From an uncultured Christensenellaceae bacterium (lineage in GTDB: Bacteria; Bacillota; Clostridia; Christensenellales; CAG-314): 64,000 bases of DNA. The translations under genes were made by a program, and so were the position numbers. Under the pieces are notes generated by a model. The model had not been told where the DNA came from, searched no databases, and was given only the letters and a program-made list of their open reading frames with translations. This document shows, one piece after another, positions 17,693 through 27,572 of this stretch. Numbering within the stretch: the first letter of the stretch is position 1; each line of letters begins with the position of its first letter. Location of the stretch: positions 3,346 through 67,345 of the forward strand of contig CAJUNH010000002.1 in NCBI GenBank assembly GCA_910587795.1, in the 5' to 3' direction.

Positions 17693-18970
17693 ATGAACGA
17701 ATCGAAGCTGCTACCTTATTTAGAAAATCAAACTTATGCAGGCACTGTTTGCGAAAGCGCCTGTAAAGATATGACGTCCGCTTCTTTTGATGACCTTTGC
17801 AAATATTACAACGAATTAAACGCAGCCTCCCACCACAAACAGTCCACGGACGATATATGTACGCCGATGGAATGCGTTAAAACCATGATCGACTATATAC
17901 CCGACGAATTTTGGCAACGAGCAAGCATTAAAGTGTTAGACCCGTGCTGCGGAAACGGCAATTTCGGCGCGTATTGCAAATTTAAAACGCCGTTGAACAA
18001 TATTTGGTTTAACGAAATAAACCCTATTAGATACGCTAATTGCAAAAAAATATTAAATCCCGCGCATATCAATAACGAAGACTTTTTTAAGTTAACAGGA
18101 AACTTTTCCGCCAAATGGGATTTGATTATGGCAAATCCGCCCTACTCCGGCGGCGGAAACAAAAACCGAAGCTTATCCAACGACTTTTTGGAATTAGCAA
18201 TCGATTTATTAAACGACAGCGGGTATTTATGCTTTATTGTTCCCAACAACTGGATGACTTACAATAACAATAACACTACGCTAAAAAAATTTCTAACGCA
18301 AGGCTCGTTTATTATTATCGATAACGACGCTAAAAAGTTTTTCCCCCAAGTGGGATCGTCTTTTACGATTATAGTATGGCAAAAAGGCGTGTTGGATAAC
18401 AAAACGAAAATTATAAACAATTACCTTATTAAAGACGTACAGCAAGACGTTATTATACCCAACGACCTGCCGTTTATTCCGTTATACGTTTCTCAAAGCG
18501 TATTAGACATCGTTAAAAGAGTTATACAGAAAAACGAAAATACTTTTAGGTACAGATGCGATCTGCATAACTTTACGAGAAAAGACTTATTAAGCGACCT
18601 ACAAGAGGGAGAATTTAAATACCCTACCGTACACACACCCAGAAAAATACGGTACGCCAAAATAAAGCAGGATATTTACGATAAGTGGCTGATAATCGTT
18701 CCCTTATCCACTTATTATATTCCGTATATAAAAACCAACGTAAACACCACTCAATCCGTGGGATACTTTGCTTTTGAAACAAAAAAAGAAGCCGAAGAAT
18801 ATTCAAAAATAATTCAACAGCCTCAATTTAAAGTTATTGTTCACTTAACGCGTTACGGAAACTTTAACAATATAATGGTATTAAAGCATCTTAAATTCGA
18901 CTCAAAAGTCGAATTGAGCGAAACGCAAATAAAAGAAATAGAGAAGCTTATCGGCAAAATAAAGTATTAA
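17693..18970 (+). CDS. Type II N6-adenine DNA methyltransferase (gamma class)
   Basis: AdoMet motif I VLDPCCGNGNFG precedes catalytic motif IV MANPPYSGG. The C-terminal half probably forms the target-recognition domain. Length 425 aa. Confidence 0.85.
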   Translation: MNESKLLPYLENQTYAGTVCESACKDMTSASFDDLCKYYNELNAASHHKQSTDDICTPMECVKTMIDYIPDEFWQRASIKVLDPCCGNGNFGAYCKFKTPLNNIWFNEINPIRYANCKKILNPAHINNEDFFKLTGNFSAKWDLIMANPPYSGGGNKNRSLSNDFLELAIDLLNDSGYLCFIVPNNWMTYNNNNTTLKKFLTQGSFIIIDNDAKKFFPQVGSSFTIIVWQKGVLDNKTKIINNYLIKDVQQDVIIPNDLPFIPLYVSQSVLDIVKRVIQKNENTFRYRCDLHNFTRKDLLSDLQEGEFKYPTVHTPRKIRYAKIKQDIYDKWLIIVPLSTYYIPYIKTNVNTTQSVGYFAFETKKEAEEYSKIIQQPQFKVIVHLTRYGNFNNIMVLKHLKFDSKVELSETQIKEIEKLIGKIKY

Positions 18971-19512
18971 TTTTGTTTATTGCCGATAGGCTTTGTTTTA
19001 TATTTTTTTAAATACGCCTCGATAATTTTACTTTCGATTTCTTTTGATATTCTGTTATGGAAATTCCAACCCCTAAACGTACTTTCCGTACGGGGAATAT
19101 CGTACAAAGCATACACCATAACGGGTTTATTTATGGACAGCACCGACTGCAAAACAAACCAGTTGGTAGCGGAATTGGTTGCGTTTGCTTTTTCTCTGTA
19201 CGACTGCTTGCCGCAATGATACGATTGTATGCGTTTTTTCATTGTAGTAATACTTTTACCTATTTTTAAAAGCTTACCCTCAATAACCAAAGCATAAACT
19301 AAATCTTGCAGGGTATTGTATCTGTCGTCTAACACTTCCATATCCCATCTTTCTTTTTGCCTATTGGGATTGCCCACGGCAATCAACGTAAAATCGTCAC
19401 TTGACAATGCGTTTCCGTCAGGGGTATCTATTTTAAATTCTTTCCAGTCTAGTTCGTTTTTTAATTCCTCTATATTTGTTAAGTGCGTAGCCGATATTGT
19501 TTCTTTTGCCAT
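18967..19512 (-). CDS. Candidate GIY-YIG-type restriction endonuclease, partner of the methylase
   Basis: 181 aa. DLVYALVIEGKLLKIGKSITTMKKRIQSYHCG fits the spacing GIY...YIG...R...H. A later acidic helix reads SKEIESKIIEAY. The gene is convergent with the methylase, and their stop codons share the tetranucleotide TTAA at 18967-18970. Confidence 0.45.
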   Translation of the reverse strand: MAKETISATHLTNIEELKNELDWKEFKIDTPDGNALSSDDFTLIAVGNPNRQKERWDMEVLDDRYNTLQDLVYALVIEGKLLKIGKSITTMKKRIQSYHCGKQSYREKANATNSATNWFVLQSVLSINKPVMVYALYDIPRTESTFRGWNFHNRISKEIESKIIEAYLKKYKTKPIGNKQN

Positions 19513-19566
19513 AGATGTTTTTAATCTCCCTATTATTTTATCTTTTAACGTTTGAAAAGGCTTGCT

Positions 19567-20712
19567 CTATTTGAATTTAAAGGTTAGTTTAACGGGATTA
19601 TGGTCGGAATAAGCAAAGTCCGTATCTATAATTTGTACGCTTACTACATCTAAATTGTCCGATACGATAAATCCGTCTATCACGCAAGTATAGTTCTTGT
19701 CCCTTTCCCACACTACATCCGCGCCCCTGCACGAGCCGACAGTCGAGTTGTTGTCCGCAACTATGGAAAAGTGTTCGGGAATGTCTTTTTGATCGTATGT
19801 GCTTACCCAACCCGGCACTTGCTGATTGCTGGGAAACTTAGACAAATTTCCTATTAAATCCTGATTAAAATCTCCGCCCGCAATAACGTAGTAACCTTTT
19901 TGATATTCGCTTGCAAGCACGTTTTTAAGCAGCTCCGCTTGCTGTTTGCGAATAACGCCGCCCTCGTCGTATGCCGACATATGCAGAGAAATTACCGACA
20001 AAACCTTGCCGTTATCGGTAGGCACGCGGGTAATTGCAAAACAACGGTCCAAATCGGTAAACTTGGAAAAGTCGTCCGCTATGGGAAAAGCGTACCGCGT
20101 GCTGTCTGCTATCTTGTACTTACTTAACGTCATAATACCGGCATTATTTTTGCCGTGAGGATCGTTAAAAGGATAAAACAAATAACTGCTGTGATAATTT
20201 ATTGCAAGAGTAGACGCATATCCGTCCAACGAGGCAAACGCAACGCGCTGATCCACTTTGTAACTACGCGTAGAATCGTAGTCCACTTCTTGTATAATTG
20301 CAAAGTCGGGATTATGCGTTTTTATTACGCCCGAAGATCCTTTAATATTCTTTTCCACGTCGGCTTTGGATATTGCCGTGCCGTACTTTCCCTGCGTAGG
20401 CGTTCCGTCCTTCATAGTGCCGGTATCCATAAAAAATGTGTATTCAGGACTATACGCTCCGAACCCTACGTTATAGGTAATAACGGTATGTTCGCCGCCG
20501 ACCGAGATTATTTCCTCGACATTATTGTTTATTTCCAACGTCAAATTATCGTCTAATCTATGGTAATCGCAGATTACATACAACAGATATATTACTACCG
20601 TCAAAATAAACAATCCTACCAAACCGCCTGCGGTAATTGCGGTAATTCGCACCGCTTTTTGTACTTTGGTAGGCGGTTTTCTCGTTTTTTGTTCTCTGCT
20701 TTCGGCTGTCAT
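19567..20712 (-). CDS. Membrane-anchored endonuclease/exonuclease/phosphatase (EEP) family protein
   Basis: Basic N terminus, one TM helix (ITAITAGGLVGLFILTVVIYLLYVI) and the C-terminal EEP signature AYSDHNPVKLTF. Confidence 0.8.
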   Translation of the reverse strand: MTAESREQKTRKPPTKVQKAVRITAITAGGLVGLFILTVVIYLLYVICDYHRLDDNLTLEINNNVEEIISVGGEHTVITYNVGFGAYSPEYTFFMDTGTMKDGTPTQGKYGTAISKADVEKNIKGSSGVIKTHNPDFAIIQEVDYDSTRSYKVDQRVAFASLDGYASTLAINYHSSYLFYPFNDPHGKNNAGIMTLSKYKIADSTRYAFPIADDFSKFTDLDRCFAITRVPTDNGKVLSVISLHMSAYDEGGVIRKQQAELLKNVLASEYQKGYYVIAGGDFNQDLIGNLSKFPSNQQVPGWVSTYDQKDIPEHFSIVADNNSTVGSCRGADVVWERDKNYTCVIDGFIVSDNLDVVSVQIIDTDFAYSDHNPVKLTFKFK

Positions 20713-21189
20713 AATAATCTCCTAAAAATATATGTTTATATTATAAAAAACAGTTTTTCGTTTATATTTAACGCAATCGCTAATTTGCAAAAATATAACC
20801 TTACGGACAAAACTTGTGCACGGTTAAATTTTTTTATGCGGCTGTCGTATTTAACAACTATTCGATTGTCAACGTCGTTTTATTCCGCGTCTTTAATCGG
20901 TTAAAATACAATTATTAAATTAAGATTAATATACACTATTAAACGGCAACTGTCAATACGGACTTTTTTCGCATTTACTAATTAGCGTATATTTTGCAAT
21001 ATTGTAAAACAATCGCCCCACACGGCTAAGCAATCTGCACGCAAACGCGCAATACGTATTGCTGCAAAGCACAAAAAATTATTAAACGATTAACCTTGCG
21101 CGCTTAATTATCCGCTTAATGTTTTCTAAAAACGACGTCAAATACCTCGCTTAAAATATTTAATGATATTTAATTTATACAAAGTTAAA

Positions 21190-21229
21190 GGAACGGTCAA
21201 AGCAATTTAACCGTCCCCTTTTTTATTTT
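21190..21229 (+). terminator. Orphan terminator-like hairpin in an ORF-free region
   Basis: GGAACGGT-12 nt-ACCGTCCC followed by CTTTTTTATTTT. No plus-strand ORF lies upstream. Confidence 0.4.
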
Positions 21230-21619
21230 AACATTAAAATACAGATTATAAGTAAAAAACTTTTCAACGCGTTTTATTACAGTCAGTTACGGAAACATCA
21301 AAACGCTTGGCTTTATAAATTAATATAACTGCCTTTGATTAATTAGCTTTTGCGTCAGCGTCGCATATCGAACCCATTTTTACGCCAAAGCACTGTTTTT
21401 TTATTTATTAAACTTTACTCAACGAGCTTACGGCACATTTTCTGTTCTTTGAATAACCTAAATATACCTTTACCTAGTGACATAAAAACACTGCGCGCAT
21501 TAAAAATGTGATATTCGGGATTTTTTGCGAACGCGATAAAACCCGTAACGACGGACGGCAAAAAAGCAATCTCAAAAATTTAACCGCAGTTACGGGATAT
21601 TTTTTGTAACATCGATTGA

Positions 21620-23323
21620 CTAAGCTTTTTGACCGTATACGGCAAAAGAATTATTAAGCATTGTATTGCCGTCGCAGTTAAAAGTATATATAGGCGTACC
21701 TGTAAGGAACTGCTTTTTACCGCTGCTGTTGACTGCAAGAGTAAGCTGTTTGCCCTCCAACGTCCGTGTAATCGTCGCAAGTTCGCCGTCGGCGCATACC
21801 GTAATATCGCCTTTTTTCAGGATATCGCGCTGCCTCATTGCAAGCAAATCCAAAACAACCTTATGCTCTGCACCGTCAAACTCCGCGCTGTCCCAGCGCA
21901 TACACTTACGATTGTACGGGTCTTGTTTGCCGTCCATAAATATTTCGTCGCCGTAATACAACATAGGACAGCCTTGATAAAACATCATACATGCCATCGC
22001 CGATAACATCGCGTTTTTATCAAAACCGACGCTGTTAAAAAATCTTTCGATATCGTGCGAATCCAGCAGGTTAAGCATCATACGGTTAGTGCCGTCCTTA
22101 TAGCTCATAAGGCGCATATTTAAGTAATCGCAAAACTGCTGCGCGTTGTAACGCTCTTCGGCAAAATAACGCTGACAAGCGTACAAAAACGGGTAGTTCA
22201 TTACGCTGTCCCACTGGTCATTACCCAAAAACGATTCGCTGTTTTGCCAGTCCTCGCCTATTATAAACACGTCGGGATTGACCTTTTGCAAACGGTATTT
22301 AAACACCCGCCAGAACTTATGCGATACGTCGAAAGCGACGTCCAATCTAAAACCGTCCACACCGTAGTCTTTTAAATAAAACTCGCCCACACGGCACAAA
22401 TAATCCTGTACTTCGGGATTGTTTGTGTTTAATTTAGGCATCATTTTAACGTCGCAAAACGTGTTGTAGTTACCTTCGTCCCAGGAGGGCTTATCTCCGT
22501 ACACAAAATACCAGTCGTAATACTTACTGTTTCGTCCGTACTTTACCACGTCCTGAAACAGCACGTTATAAAAGCTGGAATGGTTAAAGACCAAATCCAT
22601 TACAATTTTAATATCCAGCTTGTGAGCTTCGTCCACAAGCGCTTTAAGACTGTTTAAATCGCCGAACATTTTATCGACGGAAAAATAATCGTCTATATCG
22701 TACTTATGCGCGCTTACCGATTGATGTATAGGCGTCATATACACTGCGCCTATACCTAATTTTTTAAGGTACGGCAGTTTTTCTCTGATACCGTCCAAAT
22801 CTCCGCCGGCAAATTTATCGTTTGCAGGCTCGTCGGTATTCCATTCCATATTTATGTAGCCCGTATTTTTTTTATCGGCTCCGCGCGCAAATCGCTCGGG
22901 AAAAATTTGATAAAACACTCTGCCTTCAAACTGCTTATTAGGAACAACAATATCGTCCTTATTTGGGAATACTACCGTAAAATTATCTTTAAACGCTTCG
23001 CGTATATTCTTAACGGTAATTATTCCGCTTTCGTTGTAATAATACGTTGTACCGTCGCCGTCGATAATTTCAAACAAATACGAGTATCCCGGGCAGCCGT
23101 TATCTAATTCGCCTATATAGTAATCAAACAATTCGTCGCTGCACTTTACATTAAGCTGAGTGATATTTTGATTTAAATAAAACTTGTGACACGTATTCCA
23201 TATTACGTTTACCCGTTTAATAGTATCGTTACGCTTAACGCGCAGACGAATCTGCGCCTTAGTTTCGTTTACGGGAAACGAAAATCGGGAATCGCTTTGG
23301 TGCAATATTGCACATTTTTCCAT
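21620..23323 (-). CDS. Cytoplasmic GH13 alpha-glycosidase (neopullulanase/cyclomaltodextrinase-like)
   Basis: No signal peptide. The N-terminal domain pattern (AILHQSDSRFSFPVNETKAQIRLRVKRND) is typical of this subgroup. GH13 regions are present: VMDLVFNHS, DGFRLDVA, IIGEDW and LLDSHD. Confidence 0.85.
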   Translation of the reverse strand: MEKCAILHQSDSRFSFPVNETKAQIRLRVKRNDTIKRVNVIWNTCHKFYLNQNITQLNVKCSDELFDYYIGELDNGCPGYSYLFEIIDGDGTTYYYNESGIITVKNIREAFKDNFTVVFPNKDDIVVPNKQFEGRVFYQIFPERFARGADKKNTGYINMEWNTDEPANDKFAGGDLDGIREKLPYLKKLGIGAVYMTPIHQSVSAHKYDIDDYFSVDKMFGDLNSLKALVDEAHKLDIKIVMDLVFNHSSFYNVLFQDVVKYGRNSKYYDWYFVYGDKPSWDEGNYNTFCDVKMMPKLNTNNPEVQDYLCRVGEFYLKDYGVDGFRLDVAFDVSHKFWRVFKYRLQKVNPDVFIIGEDWQNSESFLGNDQWDSVMNYPFLYACQRYFAEERYNAQQFCDYLNMRLMSYKDGTNRMMLNLLDSHDIERFFNSVGFDKNAMLSAMACMMFYQGCPMLYYGDEIFMDGKQDPYNRKCMRWDSAEFDGAEHKVVLDLLAMRQRDILKKGDITVCADGELATITRTLEGKQLTLAVNSSGKKQFLTGTPIYTFNCDGNTMLNNSFAVYGQKA

Positions 23324-23357
23324 AAAGTTTCTCCTTTGATATACAATTTTTTTGATA

Positions 23358-23385
23358 TTGACATTTTAATAAAATTCAGTATAAT
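23358..23385 (+). promoter_or_regulatory. Promoter (TTGACA-16 nt-TATAAT) ending 7 nt before an ATG, suggesting a leaderless mRNA
   Basis: TTGACA at 23358-23363, TATAAT at 23380-23385 and the ATG at 23393. No SD sequence lies between them. Confidence 0.5.
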
Positions 23386-23392
23386 TACAATT

Positions 23393-23884
23393 ATGAACAG
23401 ACAGTATCCGCGTAAAAACTTAATATTTAAATCGATTTACTTGGCGTGCTCCGCTGCATTAATGGGATTTTTAATATACCTTTTAATAGATTTTATCGCT
23501 TACGGTTTTAAAAAGGGAGTAACCTTTGACGACTGTATCGTGCTTATTGCGTCGGTTATAGCCGCACTGTTCGAAGGTTCGATAATAGGCTTTATCGTAC
23601 GGTCTTTCCGCGCCCCGACAATTTTGATGAAAAATTTAGTCTTCAAAAACGACGGCGCGCCCTTTATACCGGGACTGGCGCTGACGTTGACGGGCTGCCT
23701 TTTAACGCTGGGATTAAGCATAGTTTTCGGTATATCATCGTTTATTACGCCGTTATTTAAAATTGCAGTCCGCGCGCAATACTTTATTTTTACCGTAGGA
23801 TTAATAATGTTTGTCAACTTTTTGTTTACGGATATTTACTTTGTAACTTACCGTCACGAATCAGGTTCGTTTGCAATTATATAG
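23393..23884 (+). CDS. Hypothetical integral membrane protein (163 aa, about 4 TM)
   Basis: Internal ATG of the 23186 ORF, chosen because the upstream part overlaps the GH13 gene and the promoter. The sequence is hydrophobic, with LACSAALMGFLIYLLIDFIAY among its hydrophobic stretches. Confidence 0.5.
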   Translation: MNRQYPRKNLIFKSIYLACSAALMGFLIYLLIDFIAYGFKKGVTFDDCIVLIASVIAALFEGSIIGFIVRSFRAPTILMKNLVFKNDGAPFIPGLALTLTGCLLTLGLSIVFGISSFITPLFKIAVRAQYFIFTVGLIMFVNFLFTDIYFVTYRHESGSFAII

Positions 23885-23920
23885 CAGTTATATATCCGCT
23901 ATACGGTAAAATTCGCCAAT

Positions 23921-23990
23921 AAAAACCAATAGCCAACGTTGCGTTTGCAATTACTGCATATCAGCCGCGTCGGCTATTTTTTATATTTTT
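23921..23990. terminator. Bidirectional terminator between convergent genes
   Basis: AATAGCCAACG ... CGTCGGCTATT is an 11-bp stem. The single A-C mismatch on the plus strand becomes a G-U pair on the minus strand. TTTTTATATTTTTTT follows on the plus strand and GGTTTTT on the minus strand. Confidence 0.55.
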
Positions 23991-24000
23991 TTCCTACAAA

Positions 24001-24732
24001 TTAATTTACGTATTTATACTGTGCGATAACCTCGCTTATAACTATCTGATCGCTGTCCTCGCCTACGTACTTTTCGTAATCGTATTCCAACAATCCCAAT
24101 CGGTTTATTTTTGTTGTTTGGTACAGACGTACTTTGCCTATACGGTCGTGGATAATAAGCATTTTTTCGTCAAATACGCACAAATCGCTTTCCGTATCCA
24201 AACAGAACGATTCGGGCGGATATTTGTATATGCTTAGCATAAACGTATCGCCGTAATACAAACCTCCGTTATCGTACGCGCCGTTATCGGTATAGACCAA
24301 AGCAGTTATAAGGTCCTGTGCAAACTCGTCGTCCACCTGCCGTATTTTATTTTGCGAAGAAACGTTTGTTTCAACGGCATAAATATATTTACCGTCCTGT
24401 TTGCCGAGTTTTACTAATTGTTCCGTCACGCCGTTTTCGACGTAACTTCCCGAAAAAGTCTGTTCCATTACAAGTAATAAATTTTCTTTATCCGTAACGT
24501 TAAAGCTTACTTTATTAGTCTGCTTTCCCTGCTCGCTGCCGTTTTTATTTTGTATAGTGACAGTCGAGGTGTAATTGCATTCCGCTATTTTTTCAAAACT
24601 CTTTTCTGCCGTTAATCCGCTGTTTAGATACTGTTCCACTTCGGGACGGGGAGTATACTGCTTTCGGCATCCCGATAAAAGTACGCCGAAAAGCAGTAAT
24701 ACGGTTACGAGTATTGTAATTTTTTTATTCAT
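24001..24732 (-). CDS. Hypothetical lipoprotein (243 aa)
   Basis: Signal peptide with lipobox LLSGC. It starts 4 nt downstream of the pullulanase gene. I recognised no domain. Confidence 0.6.
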   Translation of the reverse strand: MNKKITILVTVLLLFGVLLSGCRKQYTPRPEVEQYLNSGLTAEKSFEKIAECNYTSTVTIQNKNGSEQGKQTNKVSFNVTDKENLLLVMEQTFSGSYVENGVTEQLVKLGKQDGKYIYAVETNVSSQNKIRQVDDEFAQDLITALVYTDNGAYDNGGLYYGDTFMLSIYKYPPESFCLDTESDLCVFDEKMLIIHDRIGKVRLYQTTKINRLGLLEYDYEKYVGEDSDQIVISEVIAQYKYVN

Positions 24733-24736
24733 TAAG

Positions 24737-27394
24737 TTATCCCTTGTAGGCTATTATCGTTTGATAGGGCTTTATTGCCGTTGTGGCGGACATTTCCACG
24801 TCTGTCGACAGAGTGTCAAGATACAGCGTATAACCCGAGAAATCGCTCGTGACGGTTTTTTTAGATATAGTCCCGTTAGCGTGGATTATTTTGTACGTAC
24901 GGTTTGTTTTGCTGTCTTTTACCGTTATTTGAATTACCGCGCCGTCGCTTAACGTTGTAACTTGGTAATTATCCGCAATTTGGCTTTCCTCTAAATGCAA
25001 GCCTTTGCAGGTTGTTTTAAACTCTACCAACTTTTGATAAACTTCAAATACCTGTAAGTTGTTGGCTTTTAAATCGTAATTCAGCTCGTTTACTTTATAG
25101 CTCGATTCGTACGAGTTGTGGTCGCCGCCCTTAGTGCGCAAAAATTCCTCGCCCGCAAGTATAAACGACGTTCCGTTAGACGTTAATACCATAGAATTTG
25201 CCAACACCGCCATGTTACGTATCAGCTGCCAGTTGGTTGTGCGTACGCCTGACGCAACAATGCGGTCGTACAACGTGTAGTTATCGTGACAGGTTACGTA
25301 GTTGACTGTTCTGTTTGGATCGCTGATTTTATTTGTACCGCAATCCGTAATACCCTTTAAGCCCGAAACGATTTTTGTTACGTCGCCCGCGTTTACCGTA
25401 CTCATGTTAGTTACCCAACCCGTACTGCTGTCCGAATTCATACCGCCTTTAATAAGCGCGTCGCGCATTTGGTCGTTGAACTGTCCCACTCCGTTAAGCT
25501 TGTTTGCATTTGCTTGGTCGGCTTGTTTGTCCGCGGGCAATGCGGAAGTGCCTCCCTCCCACGGTTCGCCGTAAATTACGATATCGGGATTGATCTTTTT
25601 AAGTTCGGCTGCAATAAGGTTCATCGTATCTATGTCGTGTACGCCCATAAGGTCGAAACGGAAACCGCCCAACTTATATTCCTTTGCCCAGAAACACAGG
25701 GAATCAACCATAAACTTTTGGAACATCTTGTGGTCGCTTGCCGTTTCGTTACCGCAGCCTGATCCGTTTGCCGCAGAACCGTCGGCGTTATAACGGAAAT
25801 AGTAATTAGGCATCAAAACGTCGAAGTTAGAGCCGGTTGCCGCGCTTACGTGATTGTATACAACGTCCATTATTATGTTGATGTTCGAACCGTTAAACGC
25901 CTGAATAAGCTGTTTAAATTCTTTAATGCGGACATATCCGTCGGCTGCGTCGGTAGAGTAACCGCCTTCCAATACGTTATAGTTTAACGGATTGTATCCC
26001 CAGTTAAACTTCATGTTGCTTTCGTCGTTGGATTGGTCGAAAATAGGCAATAACTGCACCGCGTTTACGCCCAACTCGCGTATGTGGTCAAATCCTGTTT
26101 TTACGGTAACTACTTCGCCGTTAGCCTTGGTTTTGGTGTATGTCGTACCTTGCTCGATCATGCCGAGGAAAGTTTTGCGCAGCGATTCCGTTCCGGTCCA
26201 GGTTGCCGAAGAAGTTACGTCGGCAACGTGCGTTTCCCACACCACCAGCTCTTTACGGTCGTACGCCTTGGGAGAAACGTCGTTCCAACCTGTCGGGTTT
26301 GTTTTAGAAAAGTCAACGATTTGTCCGCGCGCGCCACTTAGTCCCGCGCTCTTTGCGTACGGATCTACGATTTCTTTTCCGTTGGGATAGACGGAGTTAT
26401 ACACCGTATATGTGTAATACTTACCTGCCAAATCCTCCGCTACCGTCGTTTCAAATACGCCCTTGCTGCCTTTCGTCATTTCCTGCGTGACAGGCGTTTC
26501 CTTTTGATGACCGCTGTTATAGAGATTTAACACAATTTTACTCGAAACGGGCGACCACACTTTAAACGTTGTTTTGCCCGCTTCGTATAATGCGCCCAGT
26601 TCTCCGTCGTAATAATACGTTTCGTTAAACGATTCCGTTCCGTACAGTGCAAATACGGCAACTTCCTGTTTGACGGAGGCCGAACTGTCGGCAAACTGTA
26701 CTTCCACGCTGTAACCTTTGGTTAAATCGGGTTGTTTGTCCTTTGGCAAATTGTAACGTACGCTTACCGTCTTTTCCGTTTTGGTTTCGGCAAGCAATTC
26801 GCTTCCTTCAAATACTTTTATGTGTTTGATAGGTTCCTTGGTTTTTACGGAAATTTGTGTTTCCGATACAAAAGCGGCGTTAGCGCTAAACCTCATAGTT
26901 TCTACATCCTTATAAACGTTTTTATCACCTTGAGTGATGTATACGTGATAGTAATTGTCTTTTAAAGTATATTCGGCAAAATTTACCAGTCTGTCGTCGT
27001 CGCAGTCCTTAGTCCAGGATGACTGCAAACGCGGAATAAAACCTATACCGCCCGTCAATGCTTTATCGCCGAACGCAGACAAAGGATAAACCGCCACGCC
27101 TCCGTTATCGTCCTGATACTGCATAGTGTAAACCGCGCCGTCTTTGCCGTCCGCCCATATCCAAAAGCCCCAGGTTTTGTAGTCGTTGGAATTGTTGCGG
27201 TGATAGTGAATCTGCACCGACGGTTCGGTTGCCGCGGGGATTTCCGTCGGCAGCACAATTTCGTTGCTTCCGCCGGCAGACGGGGTATAATCGTCAAATT
27301 CAAATGCTTCGCTGTTGGAATTGTTGCACGCAGCAAGCGTTATGCTAACGGCAAAAACAATTACCAACAACACAAATAAAATCTTTCTTTTCAT
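24737..27394 (-). CDS. pulA: Type I pullulanase (GH13), lipoprotein-anchored
   Basis: Lipobox TLAAC. An N-terminal CBM-like region is followed by the GH13 regions MDVVYNHV, GGFRFDLMG, YGEPWEG and YVTCHDN. Length 885 aa. Confidence 0.9.
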   Translation of the reverse strand: MKRKILFVLLVIVFAVSITLAACNNSNSEAFEFDDYTPSAGGSNEIVLPTEIPAATEPSVQIHYHRNNSNDYKTWGFWIWADGKDGAVYTMQYQDDNGGVAVYPLSAFGDKALTGGIGFIPRLQSSWTKDCDDDRLVNFAEYTLKDNYYHVYITQGDKNVYKDVETMRFSANAAFVSETQISVKTKEPIKHIKVFEGSELLAETKTEKTVSVRYNLPKDKQPDLTKGYSVEVQFADSSASVKQEVAVFALYGTESFNETYYYDGELGALYEAGKTTFKVWSPVSSKIVLNLYNSGHQKETPVTQEMTKGSKGVFETTVAEDLAGKYYTYTVYNSVYPNGKEIVDPYAKSAGLSGARGQIVDFSKTNPTGWNDVSPKAYDRKELVVWETHVADVTSSATWTGTESLRKTFLGMIEQGTTYTKTKANGEVVTVKTGFDHIRELGVNAVQLLPIFDQSNDESNMKFNWGYNPLNYNVLEGGYSTDAADGYVRIKEFKQLIQAFNGSNINIIMDVVYNHVSAATGSNFDVLMPNYYFRYNADGSAANGSGCGNETASDHKMFQKFMVDSLCFWAKEYKLGGFRFDLMGVHDIDTMNLIAAELKKINPDIVIYGEPWEGGTSALPADKQADQANANKLNGVGQFNDQMRDALIKGGMNSDSSTGWVTNMSTVNAGDVTKIVSGLKGITDCGTNKISDPNRTVNYVTCHDNYTLYDRIVASGVRTTNWQLIRNMAVLANSMVLTSNGTSFILAGEEFLRTKGGDHNSYESSYKVNELNYDLKANNLQVFEVYQKLVEFKTTCKGLHLEESQIADNYQVTTLSDGAVIQITVKDSKTNRTYKIIHANGTISKKTVTSDFSGYTLYLDTLSTDVEMSATTAIKPYQTIIAYKG

Positions 27395-27515
27395 AATTCT
27401 TTCCTTTATTTTTATTTAGCCGACTAAGAATCAGTTCGGCTTTATGATTTGTTGTAATATCGTTTTTTGCAAGTCACAGAATATTCGTTCAGTTACTCTA
27501 TGGCTAACACATCAC

Positions 27516-27548
27516 ATTGCCACAAGGTAAAAATTATCTTGTGGCAAT
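27516..27548 (-). terminator. Perfect 11-bp hairpin between the ATPase and pullulanase genes
   Basis: ATTGCCACAAG-11 nt-CTTGTGGCAAT. There is no clear U tract on the minus strand, so it may act as an attenuator, a processing site or a stabiliser. Confidence 0.4.
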
Positions 27549-27572
27549 ATTTTGCTTGTTTTATCTAAATTT

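Noticed and set aside
20560-20904. 114-aa plus-strand ORF spanning the EEP gene start and upstream spacer
   Set aside because: Its first half is antisense to the EEP N terminus and its second half is AT-rich spacer. It has no RBS.
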